Positions 26,401 to 41,400 of a stretch of DNA of 64,000 nt are shown here, one piece after another. The stretch lies in assembly GCA_002633005.1 (NCBI GenBank), contig NMRA01000003.1, positions 2,571,442-2,635,441 on the forward strand, given 5' to 3'. The notes beneath the pieces are model-generated. The model did not search any database and was not told where the DNA came from. It saw only the letters and a program-made list of their open reading frames with translations. Position 1 is the first letter of the stretch. Every line of letters begins with the position of its first letter. This DNA comes from Phoronis australis. Its lineage: Eukaryota > Animalia > Phoronida. A program made the translations under genes and the position numbers.

Positions 26401-29400
26401 AAATATGGAATAGAAACTGCAGTTAAATAAACACGGTATATGAGTTGTTAACAACACTTTAACAAGAAACTGTCGATGAAAATGGCCACTTTTTGACGAC
26501 AAGTGCTGGAAAAGGATGTTTATTTAACAGGGCTTGGAATGACCAATAACAAAAAAACAGGAAAAATTTCCAGGTGATGTATCTTTTCACAAATAAACAG
26601 GCTTGTGGGAACGAAATTTTTTGTGTTGTAAAATTTAACTTATAGAAATAAATAAATGAATAAAGCCAAAATAATGATAAAAAAGAGACAAAAAAGAGGA
26701 AACTGGAAACCAAATAAGAGGAAATCAAAACCAAAATAGAGGAAATTCTCTTAAAAGAGGAAAATTCCAAGCCCAGATTTAACAAAAAAAGTTAGAAGCA
26801 AATTCCGATAATTTCTTTTCATCCACAATGTTGCTATAAGGCATGTACCTAAACACCGAGCTTAATTTGGCATAATATCCAACCAGTCCTTGTTCTGTTC
26901 CCTAATAACACATCGTCATGATGATTGGCAGCCCAGTTGAGTGAAAAGTGAAAGATTGAACTAAAACTCATACTGTGTGAGTCACAAATTGGATATCAAG
27001 GTTCTTGGTGGGAGGTCTCTACCTACAGTTGTTGTGTAACTTGCCTAAAGCATAGATCACCCTTACCCATTTAGCCAATTATGTAGGGAGTTTTCAAAAT
27101 TTTGCTGCAGAGGGTTACAGAGCACTATTTTGCTTCAGAGAACTGGATGGGAAGTCATTTTTAATATCTGTTAATAAGCCAATACTGGGTTTGGTATCCT
27201 TTTAAGTAAAAGTTAGCTTAAGAGAAATAAGGTAGATTCAAGCAAAACAATGGTATGAACAACATTACCAAATTTTGTTTCATAAAAACATTCAAAGTGA
27301 AATCTCAGATTTCTAAATTATTGTTTCATTTTTGTTTTATATAATTTAAAAGTATTTCCATCAAATCAAGAAAGGCCTATCTTTAACAGCCCTGCATGCA
27401 AAAGTGCAACACTAAAATAAAATCAATTCCTAACAGCATTTGGAGAACAGTGCTATATGAAGCACGGCAACAGAAAGTTTCATAAGAATCCAACCAGGTA
27501 TTTCTGAAATATGTTGGGAAGTAAGCCAAATTTGAACATTTTTTAAGGGACCTTGACTTAACCTTAATTAGGGCTTGGAATAACCAATGACAAAAATAGG
27601 AAAAATTTCCAGGTGATGTATCCTTCCATAAATAGAAGAATGGTAGATAGAATGGTGGCACTGTCATGCTATTGCCATGCTTGAAGTTTGTCTTTCCCTA
27701 AATTTGTGTTTTATTCACTCGTAATCTGGTTTCAGCACTTTAATTGCTATCAAGCCAGAAAGACTTTGTTTCATGGTGGTGCTGTTTGGTGAGTTAAGTC
27801 CAGAGCGTGTGTCTTTATTCTGTTACTGCAATCTTTCACCTGTCACACTGTCATTACTGAAACAGTGGTCGGACATTTTGATATTCTTGACGTACATCGA
27901 TTGTGAAGCTACTGTTACGTAACTGATCTCTCACCATGCCTCCCAAGAACACACAAAACCAGTAGTATGCCACAAACCCAGGGAATCACGTCTTATCTAT
28001 CTCAAGTGGACCCCTCTACCCCTGACAATTCTAACATGGAGATACTGAAACTTTTGAATGATAAATTTGAGAACTTGAAATCAGATGTATTTAAAGAACT
28101 AGATGCTCTGCGACACGACTACTACGTAACACGAGAGGAAAATCATCATCTACATGAAAAGGTGAAAAATCTTGAGTCTAAATTAGACGACCTAGAGAAT
28201 CGATCAAGACGCGACAACTTCATCTTTCATGGCATACCGGAGGAGAATCAGAATCGTGGGAACAGTCCGAGTACAAAGTTACCGACATTTTGAAGGACTG
28301 CCTGGATGTTGATGGTGTCATAATCGAACGAGCTCATAGAATTGGCCAAAAAACTGCAAACAAACACCACCCGATAATCGTAAGAATGAGGTCTAAAGAT
28401 AAAGACAAGGTTCTACAGAATAAGAAGAACAATAACACTGATGTCTTTGTCACTCAGGACTTCTCCACACCTGTCAAGAAGGCGAGGCGGCGTCAGTATG
28501 AATTCTCACATAGTAAGAACTGGACAAATGCAAAGATTAGATACGACAAAATAATATACCAAGGTCGTGTTTATGTGTACAATGTCGAATCAGACGAGGT
28601 GATGGAGCGCAAGCCAATGGTTATGGTTTCTGGACTAACCCCTGAAACTGGTGTTTACGGACCTGAGTTGAATGGCGCAGCAGGTTACTAGTTAAATGGT
28701 TTCTTGGAATGCACAAGGATTAGAAAATAAAATTGTTAGGAACGAAGTTCAAATGCACTTATTTATTTACGATATAATTTTATCTGTGAAACATGGGCAA
28801 AATGCTCAGATCAATTTCAGCTGACTGGCTATGACTCGTTTAATCTTTGTTATAATAATAAAAAAAGAAAAGGTAGATATTCTGGAGGCGTCAGTATTTT
28901 CATTAAGCAATCAATTTCTAAATATTTCAAGCGCATACATTCACAGTTTCCCTTTGGTATCTGTTTGAAATACAAGAGGGAACTATTTGGTGTTGTTCAG
29001 GATGTTTTGATGTTCTTTGTTTATTTACCCCCTGAGGGTTCAAGTTCATATTTTAATGGCACAGGTTCACCACAGAACAGCAGGATATTATTGTTGCATA
29101 GTGAAATTACAAACTTGACTGATGGTTTCCGTGATTGTTCCTTGGCTATTGTGGGCGATCTCAATGCCAGAACAGGGAATCTGGTAGACTTCATTTTAGA
29201 TGATAGCCCAAAATATTTGCCATGCCAGGACTGGTATGAAGCGGATACACTTAGTTTGCCTCGGAATTCTAAGGACGAAGTTGTAAACAATTTCGGTAAA
29301 ACTCTCATGGAGTTATGTCACGAACTTAGTATTCATATTGTCAATGGTCGTTCCCCCGGTGACACTAGGGGTGAGTTTACCTGTCTGTCGGGAGGAGGAC

Positions 29401-32400
29401 GTAGTTTAGTGGATTATGTATTATTATCTACACAACTATTTGATTTAGTAGAGGATTTTTTGTGGATGAATGGGATGAATCTGATCATCTACTCATTATT
29501 TGTAAGTTTAGGTGTTGTAGGTCAGAGATCAACCCTCCTATGGTTCCATTGTTACACCCCCATAGACGGATTCAGTGGGAGAGCTCTAATCCACAGGCGT
29601 TCTCTCGGGTTTTTTCAACTGATGCTGAGAATTGTGCGACGGCAGTGAATAGCCCGATAATACGGTCAGTTCCATAACAGATTTGCTGTGGCAGTCAGTC
29701 AATATCAACCATGAAAACTCGTATGTCTACTAATAGTCAGACTAAAGTAAATCGAAACTTGGCGACAACGCAGCCACCCTGGTGGGATGATGAATTGGCT
29801 TCGGCCAAACGAGCAAAAATATGGTCTTTAAAACTTTTTCATAAAAACTCTTCTGTCTTTTAGCTTAACGCGTATAAAGCAAAAAAGAAGGCTTTCCGTG
29901 ATCTGTTTAAACAGAAAGAGAAAGCATATGAAGCCCGACTTATTGAAACCATTAAATGTTCCATAAATAACCCTAAGGAATTCTGGCAAATAATCAAATC
30001 AAATATTCGGACATCCCGTATGTCTTCTACAATTAGTCCACAGAAATGGCATGACTATTTCAAGGATTTATTGAACCAAAACTGCTCTACTAACGAGTCT
30101 TTAAGTGAATTTGTCGTGCAGGAAATGATTGAACATGATAGTTCCTGTGAAAACTGTACTAACAATTATCTGATTTTAATACTGATTTTTTGCCTTCTGA
30201 AATATATGAGGCCATTGCAAGGCTGGGGGTTATGATGGTGTGATTTTTGAAATGCTGAAGTGCACTGAGGTAACGAAAGTGCCAGTCTTGCATAAGTTAT
30301 TTAATGCAGTTTTTGATTCTGGGTATTATCCCCAGACTTGGTGTGACGCAGTGCCTACTCCAGTATATAAACAAAGTAATAACAATGACGAAAATAACTA
30401 TAGCGCTATTTCCCTGTCGTCTGCTTTGGGAAAACTTTTTACCAAGCTTTTAAATAATCGTTTTTATTACTGGGCACAAAATAATTATAAACTTTATGAG
30501 TCTCAAACTGGGTTTAGAAAAGGCTACTCTACGATTGACCAAGTGTTTACACTTCAAGCTATGTGCCACAAGTATTTGAGTCGGCAGGGTGGGAGATTTT
30601 ACTGTGCTTTTGTAGATTTCTCGAAGGCATTCGATTGAATCCCACATAATTTACTCTTTCATAGATTGAAAAACATTGATGTGCATGGTAAAATTTTCAA
30701 TATAATCTGCTCTATGTATAGTCAATTGCGCACTTGTGTGAAAACTCAAGATGGTCTTACAGAGTTCTTTGATTGTACTGTTGGCACTTGCCAGAGTTGC
30801 ATGATCAGCCCATTAATTTTGTGTTGTGTCTAAATGAAATTCTGGATCAACTGAGTGCGAAAAGTAATATTAATAGCGCATATCTCAGGGAACAAGTGCC
30901 AAAAGTTAACTCCCTCCTGTATGCAGACGACATTGTTCCTCTAACGCCATCAACTTACAACGAATGCTAAACTATTTGGCAGTATTTTGCGAATCATGGG
31001 GGATGCAAGTAAACTTGAAGAAAACTAAAGTAGTTGTTTTCAGAAATGGCGGTCCCCTAAGACGATATGAGAAATGGTTTTACAATGGAACATTGGTTGA
31101 TGTGGTGCCTCACTACAAATACCTTGGACTACTTATTACTCCAAAAGTTTCGTGGACCAAAGCCATTAAAGCCTTATCTAGTCAAGCAAATAAAGCTGCC
31201 TCTGCAATTTGTAAATTAAAGCGAAGATGTCGTGATCTACCCCCGTCAATAGCCTTTCACCTGTTCGATAAAATGGTTTATCCCTCTCTGTGTTACAACC
31301 CTGAGATACGGGGCTTTAAGGAGTATGAACAATTGGAAAATGTATATATCTAGTTTTGTAAACGCATTTTAGGAATAGGCAGTTGTTGTTCAAACTCGGC
31401 AATTATGGGAGAATGTGGTCGATTCCCATTGTTTACTAAATATTTTGTATCCTGGTTCAAAATACTGGAGATGCCTTGTCATCATGGGGTAAAGGCTGCA
31501 TATGATATGCTTTTTCAGTCAGACCTGATTGGAAGGTCTTTCTATAATTGGGCAAGTTTTGTATGGAAACTTCTGTCTGTGTATGGTTTTTCAGATGTAT
31601 GGATTAATCAGGGTGTGGTAAACCATGCGTATTTCTTGACAGTTTTTTCTCAACGTGTCAACGACTGCTATTTGCAAGGCTGGCAATCTGATATCGAATG
31701 TAACGCAAAACTGTCTTACTATGTGAGGTATAAAACAATGAATGGTCTTGAGAATTATCTAGAAATAGTTAGTATCCCACTTGTTTTTATCCAGTCTCTG
31801 ACTCAATTGCGATGTTCAAATCATTCGTTACTAGTGGAAAGAGGTCGCCACACAAATATTCCCTATGAAAACAGGTCGTGTGAGTTATGTAATTCGGGAT
31901 GTGTAAAGGACGAATACCGTGACCACGTTGTGTTAGTTTGCAGTGCGTACCAAGACCTTCAGGTTAAGTACTTAAGTGATCGTTTTTGTCATTCTCCCAC
32001 GGCATCTAAATTTTTATCTCTCATGAGAACTCCAGATATCCTATTTACAAAATTCGTCTATCATGCTCTCAAGCGTCACAATTATCCAGTTTGAAACTGA
32101 CAGTGACAACGTTCTGTCTTGTACATATTGTACTGTGGGCCTGTGGCCATGTGTGTATATTTCAATAAATCACAAATAGGCTTGTGTGATAGAATTATTT
32201 TTGAGTTGTAAAATTTAACTGAAACGAATATTTTTGCATGAAAAAAGTCAAAATTATGATAAAAAGAGACAAAAAAGAGGAAACTGAAAAATCAAATAAA
32301 AGAAAATCGAAACCAAAAAAGAGAAAATCCTCTTAAAAGGAGAAAATTCCAAGCCCTGCTTAATGAACTCTACTTCAACCAGCATTTGTAAAGACATCCA

Positions 32401-35400
32401 TGTTACTTTGATGTCAAAAATGTTGAAGATTTCTACAGTTACACTGCATCAACATTACTAACTAACTTTAATTATAGTATAATTACAAGGATAATTTAAT
32501 GTATCAAATTTCCGAAAGGCGTGGGAAATTGGCCATGTAATCTACTACATCAGTGTGTTAGCAGGCAGTGGTTGACTAAAACACTGTAATTTTTGTGAAT
32601 GCCGATCGGACCTGTTGTCAGACTAACTAATGTTTCGTCCACACACATTCATCCAAAATGTCCTCGCTCACACAGAAGAGAAAAGTCTCATTTATTTTCA
32701 GCGTGTTGTTGGGGTTACAACACTACTATGTAAAACGTTTTTTAGAATCTTGACTATTAATATATTGTTAATTTGTGATATAGTTCACAAATGGGTGTCA
32801 TCTTTATCATGCACATTTACTAGCTGCCAAACAGTGCCTAATTAGCGAGTAGGACTTTAAATTAAAGTATAATCATAAAATTCTAAAACAGGTAGGAAAT
32901 CTGTAACATAATCTCCCTACCAACAAGACGAAAATGGAGTCGGAGGCTAGCGGTTAACTGTACAACTGCATTGCCCAACAGTGTATCAGTCCAAATGCAT
33001 TCATCGAAACTCTGTCAAAGGAGCCTGACTTTGTCATCTTCATATCCATTGTAGGAATTTTCCAATGACAGAGTTGTTTTATCTACACATCACCCAATAT
33101 TCAGCTAAAAAATTAATTGTTATTCACTCTGCTTTGTGTTTGTGTTAGTCAGTGACTTGTAATTCAACTGTGCTTTATTTTTCACAAATTGTCATCAAAA
33201 CAACAAAACAACATTGCATGAATAAAATTGTTTATAAAAGTCTAAATGAATTATCTGCATTCTATTTACGATACAGTTTCATTTATTAGCGTAGTCTTTA
33301 TAGATTACATTCACAGGCCCCTGAAATGATAAGGAGTTTGCAAATAGCACTTGAAGGTTCAGAAAACACAAAATTTTCCAATCTAATAAATTGGTTATTG
33401 CTTTGCCTTTTGTGTCAGTCAACATAGTTGACATATAATACCCCATTCTCATTGTCCACAATATATGTTTGAATATTATCTAGTAGTCTGTGTGCTAGAA
33501 ATGTGAGCTCATGCAATGAGATTTAAATAGGTGTTTGTTGAATGCCACTAAGCCACAACACTGTAACAAAAATGTTGCAGAATCAAGTTGAGTTTTCCAC
33601 CTACAGTTTACATTGGCAAGCAGAAAAACCTTACTTAGGAAAATGTACCACCCGTGACAAAAATTATTAAATTTTTTGGACCATACCTTGAAACTGCCAA
33701 AGTGACTACACCTCTGGTTTTGCGAAGTACAGCTACAGCTCGACTCTGGGTCATACCAATCACAGACTCGCCATTTACCTGAAAAAATATAAGAATATAA
33801 CAAGTATATACTAGGAGTTGAAAACAATGACAGCACATCAAAGTGACGTACTGTTTTATCAAATGGAACAAGAACTTCTTTTTTACAGAAATTTATGAAA
33901 TGCAAAATTTGATTTTAAGGTTTCTAATTTAAGCAAAAAAGATTCCTTAACATACGGAAACTAGTTATGAATGTATTTTGTAATTGAATAGACTTTACCA
34001 AACATTTACCTTTTATTCAAAGATTCACCAGACTTATGTGAAGAACTACAATGTAATACCACATTACAAACCAGTCGTACTACTATTAAAATTGCCTTAA
34101 TGGTTACACATAATTATTTTGCTATAAAATGCAAACAGTGTATACGAACCCACGCCACCCATAAACAATAACCTCAATATTAAAGGTATACAGGAGAACA
34201 AGTTCTAAATGTTTACCAACAAACAGTGTGAATACTTTGACCCTTGATCTTGTGTAACACAGACTCAATTAAGAAGGTACACTGCCCGCTGGGCATGTTT
34301 AACAAATGTCTCAAAAGTGTCTCAGTTAACAACATAGGGGAACAATGGTAAAACTAATTTACTATAGCCAGACAAAGGGGCCAGACACATTGAAAAATCA
34401 ACACAAATTTTTATTACTGGGATTTGGTTTAAATGTACCACGGGGATTCCCCAATGCTTAACCCTGAAATTTGGTTCATTATTAGACTGCCCTTGCCAAG
34501 CAAGCCTATTGAACTGCAGCATAACATGGAGACAAAAAATAAAGGCTTCGCAACTAATTAATAATTACTAGTGCTAAAGGACAATGTCATGGAAACAGAG
34601 GACAGCGCTACAAAATTACGCCTTGTATTGCAATTATTATTATCAAACCATGGCTTACACAATAATAAATACTCTTATCTATTCACGGATTCACAAAAAT
34701 ATCATATTTCTTCACAAAAGAGTGTCCACTACTCTACTGGGTGACAGCGGTCAACCATATACACTGATTAATACTCCTGTAACCAGTGTGTAGGTAGTCA
34801 ATGTCACCTAATGACACCTCGAAATGAATGCATATGGTATGGTAAGACATTTACATTAAAACATTGTCATGGTTATCGCCATCGCCATTACCATCATCAT
34901 CATCATCATCACCGCCATTATCAGTTTTCATTTAATTTCACCAAAGTGCCATTCACACGCGCACACGCACAGAACAAGTTACTCTTGGAATGAGTTGCTG
35001 ATAGGTTTGGGAGCTGTCAGTAAGTTGTTTAAACCATTGCAACTTGCCCACGAATGAAAACTTACTCCACTTAATTGAAGCAGGGTAACTTGTTCTAGGG
35101 TAACTTGTACCCCTTCCAATTCCTGTGTGGCCCCAAACCAGGGGCAAGGCTTCGTGTTTGCGAAGTTACACACAAACGGGTCTTCTTTATCATGCCGTAT
35201 TTGCATCAACTATTCATTGTCATGTGCAGAGCGACAACTTCCACCTAGCCCTATTTCTCGGATGTGTGTGTGTGGCCGCTCCGCATAAAATGAGGCAAGA
35301 TGCACAGGTGCAAATTGTTCTAGTGTAAGTCTGTGTGTGGACAGGACTGAAGTATGACAATCACTCCAGAGAGTGGTTCCATATTTATGATCAGATTGCC

Positions 35401-38400
35401 TGACAGTCTAAAAATATTATTTTAAAAGGGGTATGGCAAGATTGATGATACTAATTACAGATGCCTATGGAGAAGTCAACAGAATCCTGATTCAATGAAG
35501 CTTCCTCAAACTTGCGGACACCTGCAAATTTGTGGAATGTCAGCTGGAATGAGGGATTTTTGCCATTTTCTGATAACGTAGTCTCGAAATCCTGAAATAA
35601 CACAAGATCACAAAGAAATCAAGTGAATCATAACAGGCCTTGAAAATATAATGTAACATGGAAGGAATGTGAAAAGTATAAAAAATGTCTTGATCTTTGT
35701 ACCCACCAGAAGCAAAAATTCTTGAGGGGCTTAAATAATCAAGATTTGTGAAACGTTATCGAGAAATCTCACTTTTCAAGCGAATGGCAAAGCTTGTGTG
35801 AAAGTACATATCTGCTTGTCTTATGAGTACATGAGAAAATTTCAGGGTCTCTGACTTTCCCTTGTTACAGAATGTAGGTGTACTTGTCCACTAAGCCAAC
35901 TGAATGGTAAACGGTAGGTACCATCAGATTACCAAAGGTGGTTCTTATAAGCTTATGTTGTTCAGGAATATAGCTGTCAAAGTTGATCATCTGCAATGCC
36001 TATATGTGGAAACTTCAACAGCCCACAGCTTTAAAATGGAGATTTGATTGAGCGTGAGGACTGAGTCACAGTTAACGTTATGGAGAACCCAAGAAAAATG
36101 TCCAAACTTGGCTAACTTCGGATTATCATATCTCAGAAATGGCACATTGGAGTCACGTGAAACTTTCAGATACTACGCTTAATGAACAGTTCTCCAAAAT
36201 GCTGTTAGGTGTACATTTTAAAATGTTCCACTTCTGCAAGGAGGAGCTATCAAAAATAGGACTTGTACGATTATCAAGTTAGATAAAATAATTTAAGTTG
36301 TTCTGGTCTAAAAGACAAAAGATGTTTTTACAATTGACGGTATCCATGAAAAATTTCAAAGCTAAATAAATTTGTTTTCTGACAAGGCTTGAAAAGTGAC
36401 CGATTTGTTTTTAAAAACAGTGCGTAAAATGAAGAATAGTGTCATTTTAGAAGACAGATAAGCCCCTTAAGAATCAATGTATGTTATGACTCATTCAGTA
36501 CGAGCGTAATATGCAGAAAATTTTGAGTCATTACTGAACTTACTTGAGATAAAAGGGGAGTGTTTTGTCAGCGTCTGCTGGCTTTTTCAAGCCGTTGCGA
36601 CCTCTGGTGGATTCGGGCGAAGAAAATCGGTGGGAAATGGGACAGAATTCTGACAAAAGTTTCCTACCGATTTTCTCAACTCCGATGGAATCCACCAGAG
36701 GTTGCACCAGCTTGAAAAAGCCAGAAGATGCTGGCGAAACGTTGTTCTTTTATCTCAAGTAAGTTTAGTAATGACTCATAATTTTCTGCATACTAAACCC
36801 CTGAAGAAGTTGCATGGTTAAAAATTTTGAGTTTGTGACTATTTCATTTTGCCTACTTGCTAATTCAGTCACACTCAAATAGTGATCAATATCACCGTTA
36901 GCCACAACTCTGCTTTGCAATGAAAAGGTAATTCTGAATTAAGTAGGTTCTTCAATGTAAATCAAATTCATTGATCAGACATTCTGAATAGGAAAGTAAA
37001 GTTCAAATTTGCAATTCTAGCACTTTTTGATGACAGTCCCGTGAATTGAATCAAGTTGAGTTAGTGCACAACAAATGAGGAAACAAAAAACTGTTTCTAC
37101 CAAGTTACACCCCAGTTGCAGAAGACTGCCAAGTAAATTTGAGATTTCCATTTTAGCTTTGGAAGTTAACCAGCATTGAAGTTATTCTAGGAGAGCCGAA
37201 GTTCTCGCAAGGAATCACAGGGAAATAATTACAGTTAAAATCAGCTTAATTTTGATTGAAAGTTAAAAACAAAACAAAATTCTCAAGTCTAGTAGAATCA
37301 GCATATGAATACAATATGATGGAAAGCGGGAGACTAGTCGCAGACAAATGCAAAGCAACAACATAGCAGAAACCACCCATTTCACAATCGTCGCCCCACG
37401 TTCCAGAACTTTGCACTCATTCAGTTACGCTCTTACGTTGGAAGAAAAACAGTGGGATTAAACACCATTATTTACTGTACTGTAGGTATCACAACCCAAC
37501 TGGTTTCCTAGTCAGCAGCAGTAAAATTCCATGCATAAGGACATAATGGTATTTTCTCAAGAGTTAAATAACATTTTCCCAGGAACATTCTTTTGACAAT
37601 AACCATGTTTGAACTCATCAGGCAACTTCAGGGTGGCAAGATGTCCCTACTGATGCAGCCAAAACACAAAGAAGAAAACGCCACTGACACACTGTTGTTA
37701 TAGAGTTTACGCAACAATCTTTCTTCACAAGTTATGATTGGGCTCCCCGTGTGACATCCTAGATCTACCAGCAGAACTTTACAACATGGCGTGGCAATTT
37801 CGTTTTATTATTTATTCAATCTTTTCATGCGGAGCTTTAAGTGCCTTAAAGCATAATTGGGTCACTTAAAGGGTAATATTTATTTCAAAACATGGTTTCA
37901 TTCTGCGTGAACGTTTATGCCCAACTCGAAACTTGACCGATCACGCTGCATGCTTTGAGTGCAAATTTGTAAGTTTATTCGTAGCGTCAACTTTTCACTT
38001 TTCAAGTCTGGTTTCAAGGACACATAGATTACATCTAGGGCCTTAATATGCACATAATGTCATAAGAAAATTGATGTTGTAACCAACCGCCTGTAATCTT
38101 TTCTAAAAGTAAAAATCCTCAAGAAGATCAACAATGTATATTAATAGTGCTATTTTACGATAGCGTTCATTCACACCTGTCACTGACTACCAGAGGGTTG
38201 GTCTGACGCGTCTTTCTATTTTTGTGAAATCATACCTGAGAGGAGTTCCCTTCCAAAAAGAGCCCCCAAAATCGAATCAATTGTCACTGTTTTACGTTTT
38301 TTGGACTTTTTGTAGTTATATCCATCCTTTAATATTAAGGGACAACTCCCAAAGCAAGGAGATCCGAGACAATTGTCCAGTTTGCCACATAAAAAATTCA

Positions 38401-41400
38401 ATATGCTTATCACAAGTGAACTAAACGCTTTTTTTCTTTTAATTATTCACTGCAAAGCTGAGACCAACATCGAAAACAAGATTGGTAATTAAAAACGGTC
38501 AGTGTGGAAAACAGCAAAATGAGTCAGAGCAGTTCCAACATGAAACATGCACAGCACAAACAGGGTATGAGAGTTATTCTTTTTGGTCAACTAAATACAA
38601 AATAGTTTAAAATTATGAATTAAGAAACCTATAAAGGTAAAAAGAAGTAATTTATTTCACAAGTCTCACACTTAGCATGGGCTGCTTTTCAGGGCAGACT
38701 GAATAAAATCATTGAAATATCAAAACAAATCAATCATACTAAACACTAAATGGGTAGGTAGCAGTTTCTCTTGTGAAAAAATACACCCAGCATAGAGAGC
38801 AAATTGTGTGGCCTAGCTAATGGTCTTACACGGCCATAAAATTTAGGTTTTACCATCTACCTATTTTGTGTTCTTCAGAATAAGTGTACAAACCAAAATC
38901 AACTGAGCGAGACTCCAGTGAACAGGTCAACAACCTTAGATATTAACCCCACATAGGAGAAGGATTACTTTCTCATGAAATAATCAACGCTGTCTATGAT
39001 CTCAAGTTTGTGAGCTACACAAAAACAATCAGTGTTCAGTAATCAATATATGACCTTATTTAGGACCAAGAAAAACAATGCAAAACGGATAGACCTTGAT
39101 AAAAGTACAAGGTCAAATCAGTCAATAAAGACACAACAACAACACCGGGTCATTTTATAAGACCAGGGCCCGGTCTCCAATCTTTTTACTCGAAATTAGG
39201 TTTGGCATTTTCTACTCTACTTTTGGGCGAACTCAAGATAAGTGTCTATTATTCTATGCTCGAGTACACGATAACTTACTTAGATAATTTATTGCCCTTA
39301 GTTCACAGTTTGTAAACCCAATATTAAAGCAATAAGTTCGAGTTTGAACTCGAAATTTCGAGTTTTTACTCGAGTTTGTAGCATGAATATAAGGGTCTTC
39401 AAGGGCAAACTTGAACTAGAAACTCCTATGCATAAACTATAATGTATTCGAGCACAGTTTGATAACCAATTATCTTAAGTTCACACAAAAGGAGCAGAGA
39501 AATTGCCAAAAATAGTTTCGAGTTCGTTTCGAGTACAAAGATTAGAGACTGGGCCCAGAGAATTCATTACATACTCAAGATTTTGCCAACAAAACTCTGA
39601 TTTCTACATATCTGCTTCTTAATTCCTTTTAAGACCTTTAAAATTGAACAGCAAATTAAATATTCTAGACTGATATACGATGGATTGCAGTCGTCATGGT
39701 GAGGACTGGTTTACCTCCATTGTTGAAGGGACATTATCACTTTTGTGTTCGAAAATACATTTCTGAGATTATCGTTGGATGGGATGGACATAATTAAGAT
39801 ATTAGCTTTGACCAGAGCTATTAAAAATCTATTGTGCTTTTGTGATTTTATTACAAATCATAAAATTCTCACTGTTGTCAGCTAGATATTCGGAGAAAAC
39901 AAGGACGGTGTCTTCACCATTTAAATATGTTTAAAATCACTTAACGCATTTGATTTGGCTCAATGCAAAGAGTTGAGCTGCAACTGTGGTGCACTGCGGC
40001 TCATTTCAGAAAAATTAGTTTCCTCGTTGAGAACGCCCCTTTAAGAGATTTAAGATATTAAAACAAGAGGTATATATAACAACCAAAGAAAATTTGTTCA
40101 TAGTCAACACCTGAACATTGGAGGCTTAAGACTTTCAAGTGTTCTACAGTCTTGTCTGTGAATAAACAATGGAAGATTGAATATCCACCAGGTTGTGTTG
40201 GTGAAGAGAGACTATTAGACTATTCATTTAATAACCAAGTAGAGAAAGAACAGAAATATGTTCACTGACACAATCAGGGTCTTCATGGGATAGGGATCAC
40301 ATGTGACTACCCAAATGAAGAGACATGGAGGTCAAGGTTCACAAATCAATTGGACAACAAACAGTCAGTGGACATTGTGGGTGTCAACCCACAAATGTTA
40401 TCTTTCACATTTAAATAAGAGACGGTTCACAGGTCAAGAAATATGGCACCTATACATGCACGATCTTAAGTTTGAAAGTATGTCGAGATTAATTGCAGTC
40501 TATCAGACAGTACTCAAGAGCACTCCACCCACCTGAAACACCCACACGAACCATCTAACTGTTCCCCACTATGTAAACCTCTGGACACATGCATGATATG
40601 TTCTATGACCAAGATTTTCAGTAAGACATTGCACAAAGCTCAACTTTTCTGGTTTACCAGTAATTTGTTTTTCTGTTCACGAATAGTTGGAACATCTTAC
40701 TATAATTCCAAAATGCTTCTGTCATAAAATAATAAAAACTTAAATTAGCCTGTGGGTATTTTACACTTACATAAATGTCCACTACTAGGTAAAAGCATGG
40801 AAACATGGAGACATTCAGTTGAGAAAACTAGATTCAAATTTCATCTGCGTCCACTACAAGGATTCACTACAATAAACACAAAATAGAATGCTTGCAAAGT
40901 ACAAGACATTACAATTCATCTTCGCTGTACCTGTAGTAGCTTGTCGCCAACTCTCAGACGGCCATCTTGGGCAGCCACGGAGCCTGGGGTGACGGCTTTA
41001 ATGTATATTCCATTGGCAGAGCCTCGTTCACTGGTCACTAGACTGAAACCTAAGCCGCCATTGATGGGCTTGGTCAAGTCTATCCTGATGGCACCACTCT
41101 GGAACGACACAGGAGAAGTCATGTTATTTAGGACAGTAGGAAAAGTATGTTGCTTGCACCTTGGCCAAAATTTCAGCTCACATACAAAGATTCACAGTCG
41201 CACATGCCTTACCGGCCAAAAAACAAAGTTGGGGTAATTTTCCGTGTGGTGGCATTTGTACTTTATCGCTTTCTCGTTTGACAAAAAACACTGTTGGGTG
41301 TCATAGAGTGATGCGACTTGACTTGTAGAAATTGAAATGCATACGTGCAACTACTATGAGATGTCCAAATTTTCAGTTTGGATTTCCAAATTTCAGGTCA

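Noticed and set aside
35422-36470. Possible TTAA-flanked Kolobok-type element (similar hints at about 39724-40044, 46544-46808 and 57278-58150)
   Set aside because: The termini match too poorly to fix boundaries by eye.
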